Shown here piece after piece: positions 37,845 to 46,017 of a DNA stretch of 46,017 nucleotides (positions are counted from its first letter, which is position 1; every line of letters starts with the position of its first letter). The translations under genes and the position numbers were made by a program. Below the pieces are notes generated by a model, which made no database searches, was not told the DNA's origin, and worked only from the letters and a program-made list of their open reading frames with translations. Source of the DNA: Candidatus Nealsonbacteria bacterium (lineage in GTDB: Bacteria > Patescibacteriota > Minisyncoccia > Minisyncoccales > PWPS01); the NCBI GenBank assembly GCA_003554445.1, contig PWGJ01000086.1:1-46017 (forward strand), given 5' to 3'.

Positions 37845-39206
37845 ATGTCCAAAAATCAAGAAGTTCCCGATAAATTACCACCCAGAAATATAGATGCTGA
37901 AAAATCACTTTTGGGTGGATTAATGATGGACAAGGAAGCAATTTATAAAATAATCGACTTTTTTCAGCCCAAGGATTTTTATGAAAGTGATCATCAAGAT
38001 ATATATGAATCGATGGTTGATATAATCGATAAATCGGGAACAATTGATCTTTTGTCGGTTGCTAACAGGCTTGAGGAAAAAGAACTGCTGGAAAAAATCG
38101 GAGGTAATAGCTATTTGACCGAACTTGTTAATTCGGTCCCGACCGCCAGTCATGTTTCCGAGTATGCGAAAATAGTTCAAAAAAAGAGGATTCTGAGAGA
38201 GATGATTCAGGCCGGGCAAGAAATCAGCATAGCCGGTTATAATGAGGACAAAGATGTCGAAGAGGTTTTGGATGAGGCAGAACAAAAAATATTTAATATA
38301 AGTGAAAATTCACTCAGAAATAGATTTTTACGCGTCGGTGACGCTCTCGAGGAAGCCTTTGAAAGAATTGAAAAACTGACAATGGATGATACCGATACTC
38401 GTGGTGTTCCCAGCTGTTATCCCGCCTTGGACGGGATTTTGTCGGGATTTCAAAAATCGGATCTTATAATATTGGCTGCAAGACCGAGTATGGGTAAGTC
38501 TTCCCTCGCCTTCAATATTGCTCAAAAAGTTGCAATGGAGGAAGAGGTTCCGGTAGGAGTCTTCAGTCTGGAGATGTCTCATGACCAAATTGTCGATAAA
38601 CTTTTAGCTTCCGTTTCGGAAGTTAACCTCTGGAAAATTAGAAATGGAAAACTTTCAACCAAGGGAGAAACAAACGACTTTACAAGAATTCAAGAGGCAA
38701 TGGGAAAGTTGAGTGATGCTCCCATATATATCGAAGATAAAAGTTCATTCAATATAATGCAGATGAAAGCGATGGCCAGAAGGCTTCAAGCGGAAAAAGG
38801 TTTGGGACTTCTTATAATTGACTACTTGCAATTAATCCAACCCAGATCATCATCCGAATCGATGGTGCAACAGATGACAGAGATATCCCGTTCACTTAAG
38901 GGTTTGGCCAAGGAGTTGAATGTTCCGGTTATAGCACTTTCTCAACTCTCCAGAGCTGTCGAAAAGAGAACTCCAAAAATACCCCGCCTGTCCGACTTGA
39001 GAGAAACCGGTGCACTTGAGCAAGATGCGGATGTAGTTATGCTTTTGTACCGAGAAGATTATTACAGAGACGACACTGAGAGAAAAAATATAACCGATGT
39101 GATAATCGCCAAACATCGAAACGGTCCCACCGGAAAGATTGAACTCTACTTCGATAAAGATATAACTACTTTTAAATCTCTCGATAAGAAATATTCCAAC
39201 GAATAA
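37845..39206 (+). CDS. dnaB: Replicative DNA helicase
   Basis: Motifs AARPSMGKS, FSLEM, IDYLQL, LSQLSR, SDLRETGALEQDAD and AKHRNGPTG. Confidence 0.98.
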   Translation: MSKNQEVPDKLPPRNIDAEKSLLGGLMMDKEAIYKIIDFFQPKDFYESDHQDIYESMVDIIDKSGTIDLLSVANRLEEKELLEKIGGNSYLTELVNSVPTASHVSEYAKIVQKKRILREMIQAGQEISIAGYNEDKDVEEVLDEAEQKIFNISENSLRNRFLRVGDALEEAFERIEKLTMDDTDTRGVPSCYPALDGILSGFQKSDLIILAARPSMGKSSLAFNIAQKVAMEEEVPVGVFSLEMSHDQIVDKLLASVSEVNLWKIRNGKLSTKGETNDFTRIQEAMGKLSDAPIYIEDKSSFNIMQMKAMARRLQAEKGLGLLIIDYLQLIQPRSSSESMVQQMTEISRSLKGLAKELNVPVIALSQLSRAVEKRTPKIPRLSDLRETGALEQDADVVMLLYREDYYRDDTERKNITDVIIAKHRNGPTGKIELYFDKDITTFKSLDKKYSNE

Positions 39207-39814
39207 TGTATCCGAAACCGATCAAAAATTTAATAGATATATTTCTTCGCTTTCCTACCGTAGGGAGAAAAACCGCAACAAGATTCGCCTTTCATCTACT
39301 TAATACCGATTCAAGTGAAATAGACAGACTCATAAAAGAGCTCAAGCAATTAAAATCATCCGTTCATACGTGTCAATTTTGTTATAGAAGCCTGGAAAAA
39401 GAGAGGGATTTATGTTCAATTTGCGATGATAAATCCAGAGAACCGATTTTAGCTATAGTGGAGCGAGAAACTGATTTGATATCATTGGAAAAAACCAACC
39501 AATACAAAGGTTATTACTTTATTCTGGGCGGAAATGTAAGCCCGTTGAGAAAAAAGGATTTAAAGAAAGTAAGAGCGAAAGACTTGAAAAGAAGAATTGA
39601 AGCTCCCGAAAGTTTCGGTGTAAAAGAGATAAAAGAAGTGATTATCGCTACCAATCCGACAACCGAAGGAGAAGCTACCGGCCTTTTTTTAAAAAGAGTT
39701 TTGGATAAATTCGATTTAAAAATTACTAAACTGGCAAAGGGATTACCTGTCGGAGGTGAGCTGGAATACGCTGACGAGGATACTCTTACATCAGCACTGA
39801 AAGGAAGAAAATAA
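39206..39814 (+). CDS. recR: Recombination mediator RecR
   Basis: HhH PTVGRKTATR, C4 zinc finger, TOPRIM ATNPTTEGEAT and GLPVGGELEYAD. Confidence 0.97.
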   Translation: MYPKPIKNLIDIFLRFPTVGRKTATRFAFHLLNTDSSEIDRLIKELKQLKSSVHTCQFCYRSLEKERDLCSICDDKSREPILAIVERETDLISLEKTNQYKGYYFILGGNVSPLRKKDLKKVRAKDLKRRIEAPESFGVKEIKEVIIATNPTTEGEATGLFLKRVLDKFDLKITKLAKGLPVGGELEYADEDTLTSALKGRK

Positions 39815-39829
39815 TTTGACTCAATTCAA

Positions 39830-39858
39830 AAACTCCCCTCACGGGGAGTTTGTTTTTT
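39830..39858. terminator. Bidirectional intrinsic terminator between recR and rplU
   Basis: AAACTCCCC-TCAC-GGGGAGTTT with flanking A/T tracts. Confidence 0.8.
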
Positions 39859-39875
39859 ATTCTTTTACCTGTGGC

Positions 39876-40187
39876 TTAATCTTTTTTGATTTCCTTTATT
39901 TCTATTCTACTGTAGGGTTGTCTGTGTCCTTTTTTCTTTCTTTGTCTCTTCTTGGGTTTGTATTTATACACTATCTTTTTTTCTCCTCTACCCTGCTCCA
40001 TAACCTCCGCTTTAACGGTGGCACCTTCAACCGTCGGATTGCCGATATTGCTCTTTTTGTCTTTCAATAACAGAACATCTTTAAAAATTACTTCTTCGCC
40101 TTCTTTTTTGTCTAATTTTTCAATATCCAAAACATCTCCTTCTGAGACTTTGTATTGTTTTCCGCCTGTTTTTATTACTGCAAACAT
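39876..40187 (-). CDS. rplU: 50S ribosomal protein L21
   Basis: MFAVIKTGGKQYKV...KKGHRQPY. Confidence 0.98.
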   Translation of the reverse strand: MFAVIKTGGKQYKVSEGDVLDIEKLDKKEGEEVIFKDVLLLKDKKSNIGNPTVEGATVKAEVMEQGRGEKKIVYKYKPKKRQRKKKGHRQPYSRIEIKEIKKD

Positions 40188-40278
40188 AGATATTTAATTA
40201 ACTGCTATAATGACTGTCCTGATTATTGTAACAGAAAATTAAGCTTTAAGCAAGTTTATCGCAAAAATAAAGACTGAT

Positions 40279-41265
40279 TTACTCCCCTTCTTCCAATTCT
40301 TCCAAATTATTTTCGGTTAACTTCTCAACCCTGTTAGTGAATCTATCCAATCTCTGATCCGATCTCTCATAAGCCGATGAAGCATTGGACAGATGTTTGC
40401 CCAGCTTTCTAAAATCATCCTTTAATTTCCTACTATCTTTTTCCATCCGGGATATTCCTTTGATTATTTCTTGAGTCTTTCTGGAAATGTGTGTATCCCT
40501 AAACCAATGCTCTATAGCTTTTAACGTTAAAAAAATAGTATTCGGAGAAGCTAATATAACCTTTTTCTCTCTTGCATACTCAACGACATCAATCTCTTTA
40601 TTCATACTAATTTCATAATAGACGGCTTCGGCCGGAATATACATGATTGCAAACTCAACCGTTCCCTCCGAAGGTAATATATACTTGTTTGAAATGCTGG
40701 TTATCTTCTTTTTTGCATCTTTTAAAAACCTTTTTCGGAGCTTCTCCTTCTTGCTTTCATCCTCTTCCTCAATCATTCTTCTGTAATTATCAAAGGGAAA
40801 TTTAGAGTCAATCGGTAAAAATTTATCATTGGGAAGCTTTAAAACCGCATCAACCTGCTCACCGGAATCAAACATATATTGAGACTGGTAAAAATCGGCG
40901 GGAAAGTATTCCTTTAAGATGTGTTCCAAGCTAGCCTCTCCCCATTCACCTCTTGCCTTCGGCGAAGTAAAAAACTCTTGAAAAGAGCTTACATTTTCCA
41001 TTGCTTTTTGAATTTCACCTATTTCCCCTCTTAGCTTTTCGGTTTCTTTGGTAAAAGACTTTATCTGTTTGTGCATCGTTTTGGTGGTTCCGTCCACCGT
41101 TCCTCTCACCTCTTTGAGCTGTTCGGTTATTAATTTGCTCAGATGATCTTCAAGATCACGTATTCTTCGCTCTTGATCAGCTTCATCTTTTACTTTTTTA
41201 ACCCAAAAAAAGGCAAAAAACCCACCGAAAACGATTATTAAAATTAAAATAATTTCTAAAGTCAT
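40279..41265 (-). CDS. rmuC: DNA recombination protein RmuC
   Basis: TM plus coiled coil; motifs RGEWGE, LPIDSKFP, KYI, FAIMYIPAE and ASPNT. Confidence 0.93.
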   Translation of the reverse strand: MTLEIILILIIVFGGFFAFFWVKKVKDEADQERRIRDLEDHLSKLITEQLKEVRGTVDGTTKTMHKQIKSFTKETEKLRGEIGEIQKAMENVSSFQEFFTSPKARGEWGEASLEHILKEYFPADFYQSQYMFDSGEQVDAVLKLPNDKFLPIDSKFPFDNYRRMIEEEDESKKEKLRKRFLKDAKKKITSISNKYILPSEGTVEFAIMYIPAEAVYYEISMNKEIDVVEYAREKKVILASPNTIFLTLKAIEHWFRDTHISRKTQEIIKGISRMEKDSRKLKDDFRKLGKHLSNASSAYERSDQRLDRFTNRVEKLTENNLEELEEGE

Positions 41266-42242
41266 AAAAATAATTCACCAAAATATAATTCCGAAAATAA
41301 GAATGCAAAATAAATTAAAAACAAGATAAAGGCTTCCTTTCTGGTTAATCTGTTACTTGTTCTTACAAAAAACCACAAAATAATTCCGCTCAAAACCAAA
41401 AACATCATGCTTATCGAGTACGGACTGTCAGCCAAATGAGGAGGTTGACTCAAAACTATCGGATTAATTAAAGCAACCGCTCCCAAGACGAGTGTTGAAG
41501 ACATTGCCACTGCTCCGGTCAACCCTCCTAAAATCATCCATGACCTTCCTCTTGTCGCTAATTTAAGCGAAAAATATAATTCGGGAAGGGCAACCCCCGC
41601 TCCCACCAAAAGAACACCGATAAGGCCTTCCGGCACATCAAAAATAAGCGCGAATTCGGTTGCCGAATAAACTATTCCCTCTGCGGAGAAAATAACCAGA
41701 ATAAAACTTCCGACAAACATTAAAAAGTACTTCAGGTAACCCTTCTTCGTTTTAATCTCATCATCCTCATATTCATAATCCTTAATAAACCGATCATCTT
41801 TTCTAAAGAGCCAAAAAACATAAAAGATAAATGTTCCAATCAGTATAATTCCATCCATTCTCGAAAGCATACCGTCTCTTAGCAAAAATAATGGCAAAAG
41901 AACCGCTATCGCTGCAAAAGTCGTTCCCGCACGAACCGTTCTGGATTGGACTATAATTCCTTTAACAACAATTGTGCAAACCGCAACCGCGAAAGTCAAA
42001 AGTATTATGTTTTGCCCGATTACATTCCCTAATGAGAGTTCAGGCACGCCTCCCAGAGCCGCTCTGACACCAATTATGAATTCCGGCAAAACCGCCCCCA
42101 TCGAAACTGTAAAAAAAGCTACTACGAATTCTTTCCATCCCAAAGATCTTGCCAGTTTGGAAAGCGAATCGATTACCCATCTACTGGAAACAATTATAGC
42201 CAGACAAGAAAGTACGAAAATTGCAATCTCAAAAAAAGGCAT
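41262..42242 (-). CDS. Sodium:calcium antiporter (CaCA family)
   Basis: Two alpha repeats (GAVLPE...GNVIGQN; GVALPE) and about 10 TM helices. Confidence 0.88.
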   Translation of the reverse strand: MPFFEIAIFVLSCLAIIVSSRWVIDSLSKLARSLGWKEFVVAFFTVSMGAVLPEFIIGVRAALGGVPELSLGNVIGQNIILLTFAVAVCTIVVKGIIVQSRTVRAGTTFAAIAVLLPLFLLRDGMLSRMDGIILIGTFIFYVFWLFRKDDRFIKDYEYEDDEIKTKKGYLKYFLMFVGSFILVIFSAEGIVYSATEFALIFDVPEGLIGVLLVGAGVALPELYFSLKLATRGRSWMILGGLTGAVAMSSTLVLGAVALINPIVLSQPPHLADSPYSISMMFLVLSGIILWFFVRTSNRLTRKEAFILFLIYFAFLFSELYFGELFL

Positions 42243-43373
42243 TTAATCAATAAAACTGAGTATTATGTCTTTATTATAAACTATATTGTAGATTATTCCC
42301 AAAACGAAGACCAGAATAATCGGATATGTTAGTAGTTTGTATTTAGCCGGTCTATACTTTTGATACATTATCGTTATCAAGGTAGCATCAATCGCCAAAA
42401 GAGTTGCTCCGACAAAAGATATAACCTGTATGTAATCATCGAGACCGATCACGAAAGCGGTAATCGGAATAAATGTAACTACCGCCCAAGCTATTTTTTC
42501 ATGAACCCCTAAATCATACCACAAAATCTTTTTCAAGGTTAAGCCCAGAGTAACAAATGAAGTAAATGTAGCTAAAATACCAAAGACTAAAGCTAACCCG
42601 ACCACTCCATTGTCCAAATGATCAACCAAACCCAAAATACCTTCTTTTGAAGTTTCCGCACCGGTAATTCCGACGACAACGAATATGAAAAAAAGATAAA
42701 TTAAAACAGCCAATCCGATCCCCACCGGAGCCACCCATTTCAACTTTTCTTTTTCCCCCGTCAGCTCTTCTTCCACTTCCGGTATTAACGCAGCTCCCCA
42801 AAGCGAAAAAAGTACTGCCCCGTAAGGTAAAAAGAGATCGCCACTAAAACCTTCTCCGACTTCAAGAAATAGACTTGGATTTATATCACCCCAACCTCTC
42901 ACGAGTATTAAAAAAAGAACCATTAAAAAGCCAACTATCCCCAAAAATTCAACCTTTTCAATCGCTTTTATACCGAAAAATATAAAAGCGGCACCGATCG
43001 CCCAATACAAAAGTGAATATTCAAAAGGGCCACCACCGACAACATCCCCGAAAATTCCCGACAAAAACTCTCCTCCTAAAATAATATAAGCTAATATTGA
43101 ACCGGAAAGACCGATTATCCCGGTACAGGTTGTCAATTTTTTAGCCCAGGGACCCAAATGAATACCTGCAAAGCTCGGAAATCTGAGATTGTCTTCCGTG
43201 CGCAGAGCCAGTTGACCGAAAAAGTGATGAATCGCAATGGATATGAGTCCCAAAAATAAGAAATAAAGTAAAATTACTCCGGATCCCACTTGTGTAGTTA
43301 TATAAGGAAGAGCAAAAAGTCCTGCCCCTATCATCGTCCCCGCAAGAATCGAAACGGCATAAATGAACTTCAT
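42243..43373 (-). CDS. Aromatic amino acid permease family transporter
   Basis: Motifs LAGTMIGAGLFALP, AYIILGG and TFTSF; about 11 TM helices. Confidence 0.85.
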   Translation of the reverse strand: MKFIYAVSILAGTMIGAGLFALPYITTQVGSGVILLYFLFLGLISIAIHHFFGQLALRTEDNLRFPSFAGIHLGPWAKKLTTCTGIIGLSGSILAYIILGGEFLSGIFGDVVGGGPFEYSLLYWAIGAAFIFFGIKAIEKVEFLGIVGFLMVLFLILVRGWGDINPSLFLEVGEGFSGDLFLPYGAVLFSLWGAALIPEVEEELTGEKEKLKWVAPVGIGLAVLIYLFFIFVVVGITGAETSKEGILGLVDHLDNGVVGLALVFGILATFTSFVTLGLTLKKILWYDLGVHEKIAWAVVTFIPITAFVIGLDDYIQVISFVGATLLAIDATLITIMYQKYRPAKYKLLTYPIILVFVLGIIYNIVYNKDIILSFID

Positions 43374-43485
43374 AAAAGTTTCTTTATAAATTTAAATACT
43401 TATATAAGGTTACAATAAAAAAAATCAGTTGAAAACCCCATTAAGATTTCACGAGTTGGTTCTGCCGAAATGCTTTTTTAAAACA

Positions 43486-44190
43486 AAGCACCTTTGCGAA
43501 GAAGCTCTCGCAGGTAGTTTAGCATGGTTCAGCTGTACCGAAATGCTTTTAGAACGCAAATACCCTCACTGAGAGAATATTTTACTTTTAAAATAAAAAT
43601 ACCCTCTCTGAAGAAGTTCGCGGAGGCGATTTGGCATGGTCGCGACATAGTCGCGCAAATCGCTGAGCGCACAACCTCCAAAATCGCCACTGGCGATTCT
43701 TGAGGGGTGATTCTTCAAACGAGGGTGTTAATCCTTTTTGCTTTCAAATGAAAACACCTTTTTCGGAGAAGCTCTCGGAAGTAATTTAGCATGGCTTTCA
43801 GAGTGAAAATACCCTCACTGAGAGAACTCTCGCAGGAATTTCAGCACGGTTTCTAGCCCCAGAACGCAAATACCCCTTTCGGAGAAGCTCTCGGAAGTAA
43901 TTTAGCACGGTTTTCAGCTTTGCTGAAATAAATTACTGAGAGCGCAGGAATCAAATTTTCGCTGGAAAATTTGAATTCCGATTCTCACGAAAGGGGTATT
44001 AAGTGATGTGACCCCGAGGGGAATTGAACGTCGCTTCGCTTTTTTTGCTTTCAAATGAAAACACCCTTTTAGAAGAAGCTCTCGCAGGTAATTTAGCATG
44101 GCTTTCAGCTTTGCTGAAATAAATTACCGAGAGCGCAAGAACCAAAATCCCGCTGGGATTTTGAGTTGTGATTCTTACGAAAAGGGTGTT
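43486..44190. repeat. Array of ~131-nt structured palindromic elements: full copies at 43598-43729, 43869-44000 and 44060-44190; partial copies at 43486-43533, 43558-43577, 43753-43801 and 43808-43857
   Basis: Terminal inverted repeats (AACACCCTTTT/AAAAGGGTGTT and variants), two internal arms with compensatory changes, and a shared GCAYGGY bulge. Confidence 0.9.
44007..44029 (-). repeat. Duplicated 3' end of tRNA-Glu (att-like direct repeat of 44197-44219)
   Basis: TGTGACCCCGAGGGGAATTGAAC vs TGTGACCCCGAGGGGATTTGAAC, 22/23 identical and 190 bp apart. Confidence 0.88.
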
Positions 44191-44198
44191 GAATGCTG

Positions 44199-44273
44199 TG
44201 ACCCCGAGGGGATTTGAACCCCTGTTACCAGGATGAGAACCTGGCGTCCTGGACCAAGCTAGACGACGGGGCC
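44199..44273 (-). tRNA. tRNA-Glu (anticodon CTC), CCA not encoded
   Basis: Acceptor GGCCCCG/CGGGGTC, anticodon arm CCAGG-TTCTCAT-CCTGG, T arm AGGGG-TTCAAAT-CCCCT. Confidence 0.96.
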
Positions 44274-44314
44274 GACTACACTGGTTATTTTACCAGAGAA
44301 ATCTTTTTTGTAAA

Positions 44315-44905
44315 CTAATTTTTTATCTTTTGAGTCAGACTAACAAAATTAATATTCAGAAGAACACCTACTCCCAAAGATGCAACTACTTGCAAAACAT
44401 CATCTTCCGTCTTTTTTCCGGGAATCCATACCGGGACACTGCTTCCGTCATAATTAAGTTTAAAATTCGTTTTTTTATCATGTATATTCATATCACTAAT
44501 GTTGAAATCGGCTTCCGAATCAAATCCGAAACTCAAAAAATATTTCATTCTTTTTCCGGAAAATTTTTCTTTGCTTTCAAAATCAACCAGCAATGTATCA
44601 CTCTTTTTCATCGTTTGTATTACCTCCTTTTCATCAGTTATATTTTCCGAATTAACTACGGTTATAACTTCCCTGAAATTGGAGAAAAGATCTTCAGTTT
44701 TTTGATTATTGCCCTCTCTTGTCACTATAATCACATCATAAAAAATAAAAAGTAATCTATTCATCCCTCTATCGGTTGGCTCAACCCTTTTCACTTTTAA
44801 AAAATCTTGAATTAAATCAAAGATAAAATCTGCAGTCTCCGTACTATTTTTACCCGTTACGAAAACAAGCTTGACACCTTTCCATTTTAATATGCTTTTT
44901 ATCAT
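44315..44905 (-). CDS. Mur-ligase central-domain-like protein (degenerate)
   Basis: VFVTGKNSTET (degenerate P-loop) and SFGFDSEADF...TNFKL; directly downstream of a PBP gene, where murE/murF usually lie. Confidence 0.55.
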   Translation of the reverse strand: MIKSILKWKGVKLVFVTGKNSTETADFIFDLIQDFLKVKRVEPTDRGMNRLLFIFYDVIIVTREGNNQKTEDLFSNFREVITVVNSENITDEKEVIQTMKKSDTLLVDFESKEKFSGKRMKYFLSFGFDSEADFNISDMNIHDKKTNFKLNYDGSSVPVWIPGKKTEDDVLQVVASLGVGVLLNINFVSLTQKIKN

Positions 44906-44907
44906 AA

Positions 44908-46017
44908 TTAATCTCTTACGTAATCCGGCGGGATCTGTTTATAATCTATTATATAGTTAGCCAACTTTCTAAATACAGGCACAACGGAAACCTCAGCTGT
45001 CGGAGCTTCCGGCCTATCCATCTTTACTAAAATTACAAATTCGGCATTTAAAGGGCCATAGCCTATAAAGCTTTGAATCGTTTCGCTTGAGTATCCTCTC
45101 CTATTTTCACCCAAAACCGACCAAGGTATTTGAGCGGTTCCGGTTTTTCCGGCCAGATAATAACCCGGTATTTTGGCTCTTTGTGCCGTTCCTTCTTCCA
45201 CCGTACTGATTAGCATGGAAGTTACTTTCGAAGTCGTTCCGGGTGAAAAAACTCTTTTACTTCTATCCGTGGGATTGAAATTTTTTGTTATATACGGCTC
45301 TACGAGCTCACCCCCGTTTGCCAAAGAGGAGAAAGCTGCAAAAAGTTGAATCGGGGTAACCTCTATTCCTTGACCAAACGAAGCATTGGCAAAATTAACG
45401 TCATACCCTTCTTTAAATACTAAATTTCTAGAAAATACCTCTCCCTGCAAATCTATTCCGGTTCGTTCAAAAAAGCCTAAATCATTTAGGTAGTCCAAAA
45501 ATATTTGATTTTCCAATTGCTGCTGAACATAAATCATCCCGGTGTTAATTGACATTTCCATAACCTCGGTCATATCAACCGTACCCCAGCTTCTTTGACC
45601 ATAATTCCGTAAAGTGTGTCCGCTTACAACCTCATAGCCTTCATCGTGATAAGTGTCCTGCGGGCTAACTACACCCTCTTCAATACCCATTGCCATCACA
45701 AACGGTTTAAAGACCGATCCGGGCTCAAAAAGTGACTGAATTGCAGTATTTTTAAAAACATCCAATCTTTCCGACCTGTAATTATTGGGATCAAATGTGG
45801 GGTAATTTGTTAAAGCCAATATTTCTCCCGTGTTAGGATCACCCACTATTACCGTTCCCGAAGTCGCATTTAAATCCTCTACCGCCTCTGCCAGAAATTT
45901 TTCCGCCATAAACTGTATGTTGTAGTCAATCGTAAGATCTATACTCATCCCCATTTGGGCGGTGTCTTCGGTAATTACTATACCCGTTGGGCTCTTTCTC
46001 CATGCCTCTCTGACACC
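44908..46017 (-). CDS. Class B penicillin-binding protein (FtsI/PBP2-like), 5' end beyond the window
   Basis: SxxK (EPGSVFK), SxN (SIN) and KTG (GKTGTAQ); frame stays open from 45954 to the window edge. Confidence 0.93.
   Translation of the reverse strand, partial: GVREAWRKSPTGIVITEDTAQMGMSIDLTIDYNIQFMAEKFLAEAVEDLNATSGTVIVGDPNTGEILALTNYPTFDPNNYRSERLDVFKNTAIQSLFEPGSVFKPFVMAMGIEEGVVSPQDTYHDEGYEVVSGHTLRNYGQRSWGTVDMTEVMEMSINTGMIYVQQQLENQIFLDYLNDLGFFERTGIDLQGEVFSRNLVFKEGYDVNFANASFGQGIEVTPIQLFAAFSSLANGGELVEPYITKNFNPTDRSKRVFSPGTTSKVTSMLISTVEEGTAQRAKIPGYYLAGKTGTAQIPWSVLGENRRGYSSETIQSFIGYGPLNAEFVILVKMDRPEAPTAEVSVVPVFRKLANYIIDYKQIPPDYVRD

Noticed and set aside
3382..41265. Alternative genetic code (TGA read as Gly or Trp)
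   Set aside because: TGA ends several full-length genes at ATGA-type overlaps (3382, 10946, 26298, 41262), and conserved genes are uninterrupted in code 11.
43914..44099. 61-aa ORF in the repeat region
   Set aside because: It runs across palindromic repeats and the tRNA fragment, with no start signals or protein-like features.
43486..44190. CRISPR array
   Set aside because: Units are ~131 nt, diverged and irregularly spaced, with no constant short repeat separated by unique spacers and no cas genes in the window.
44060..44198. HDV-like tRNA-trailer ribozyme
   Set aside because: The fold is a nested three-way junction of long stems; I could not find the double pseudoknot or catalytic core.
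44007..44219. Prophage or integrative element at tRNA-Glu
   Set aside because: Only 190 bp lie between the repeats, with no integrase or phage genes; kept only as a mini-island hypothesis.
5115..44755. Numerous short antisense or nested ORFs in the ORF track (e.g. 7483-7833, 14764-15096, 24116-24502, 29899-30423, 37639-38043, 44330-44755)
   Set aside because: They overlap well-supported genes and show no recognisable motifs.

Overview
A gene-dense, AT-rich bacterial chromosome segment with about 45 CDS (mostly on the minus strand) and two tRNAs (Gln-TTG, Glu-CTC). Compact, SD-poor genes and stripped-down housekeeping proteins suggest a Patescibacteria/CPR (Parcubacteria-like) anaerobe; this taxon call is inference. 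Content: DNA repair and replication (two UvrD-family helicases, xseAB, a DEDDh exonuclease, dinB, dnaX, dnaB, recR, rmuC, an OLD-family nuclease), cell wall (ddl, a PBP, a Mur-like protein), a glycogen cluster (GT4-GH57-GT3-GH133), a two-gene NADH-linked [FeFe]-hydrogenase, superoxide reductase and several acidic membrane-anchored proteins. The most unusual feature is a ~750 bp non-coding array downstream of tRNA-Glu. It holds three full and four truncated copies of a ~131-nt three-way-junction element with compensatory base changes and a conserved GCAYGGY bulge, plus an att-like duplication of the tRNA 3' end. Also notable is an AGGTCG motif 23-24 nt upstream of the ATG of three acidic surface-protein genes. 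All calls come from reading motifs by eye; no searches were run.
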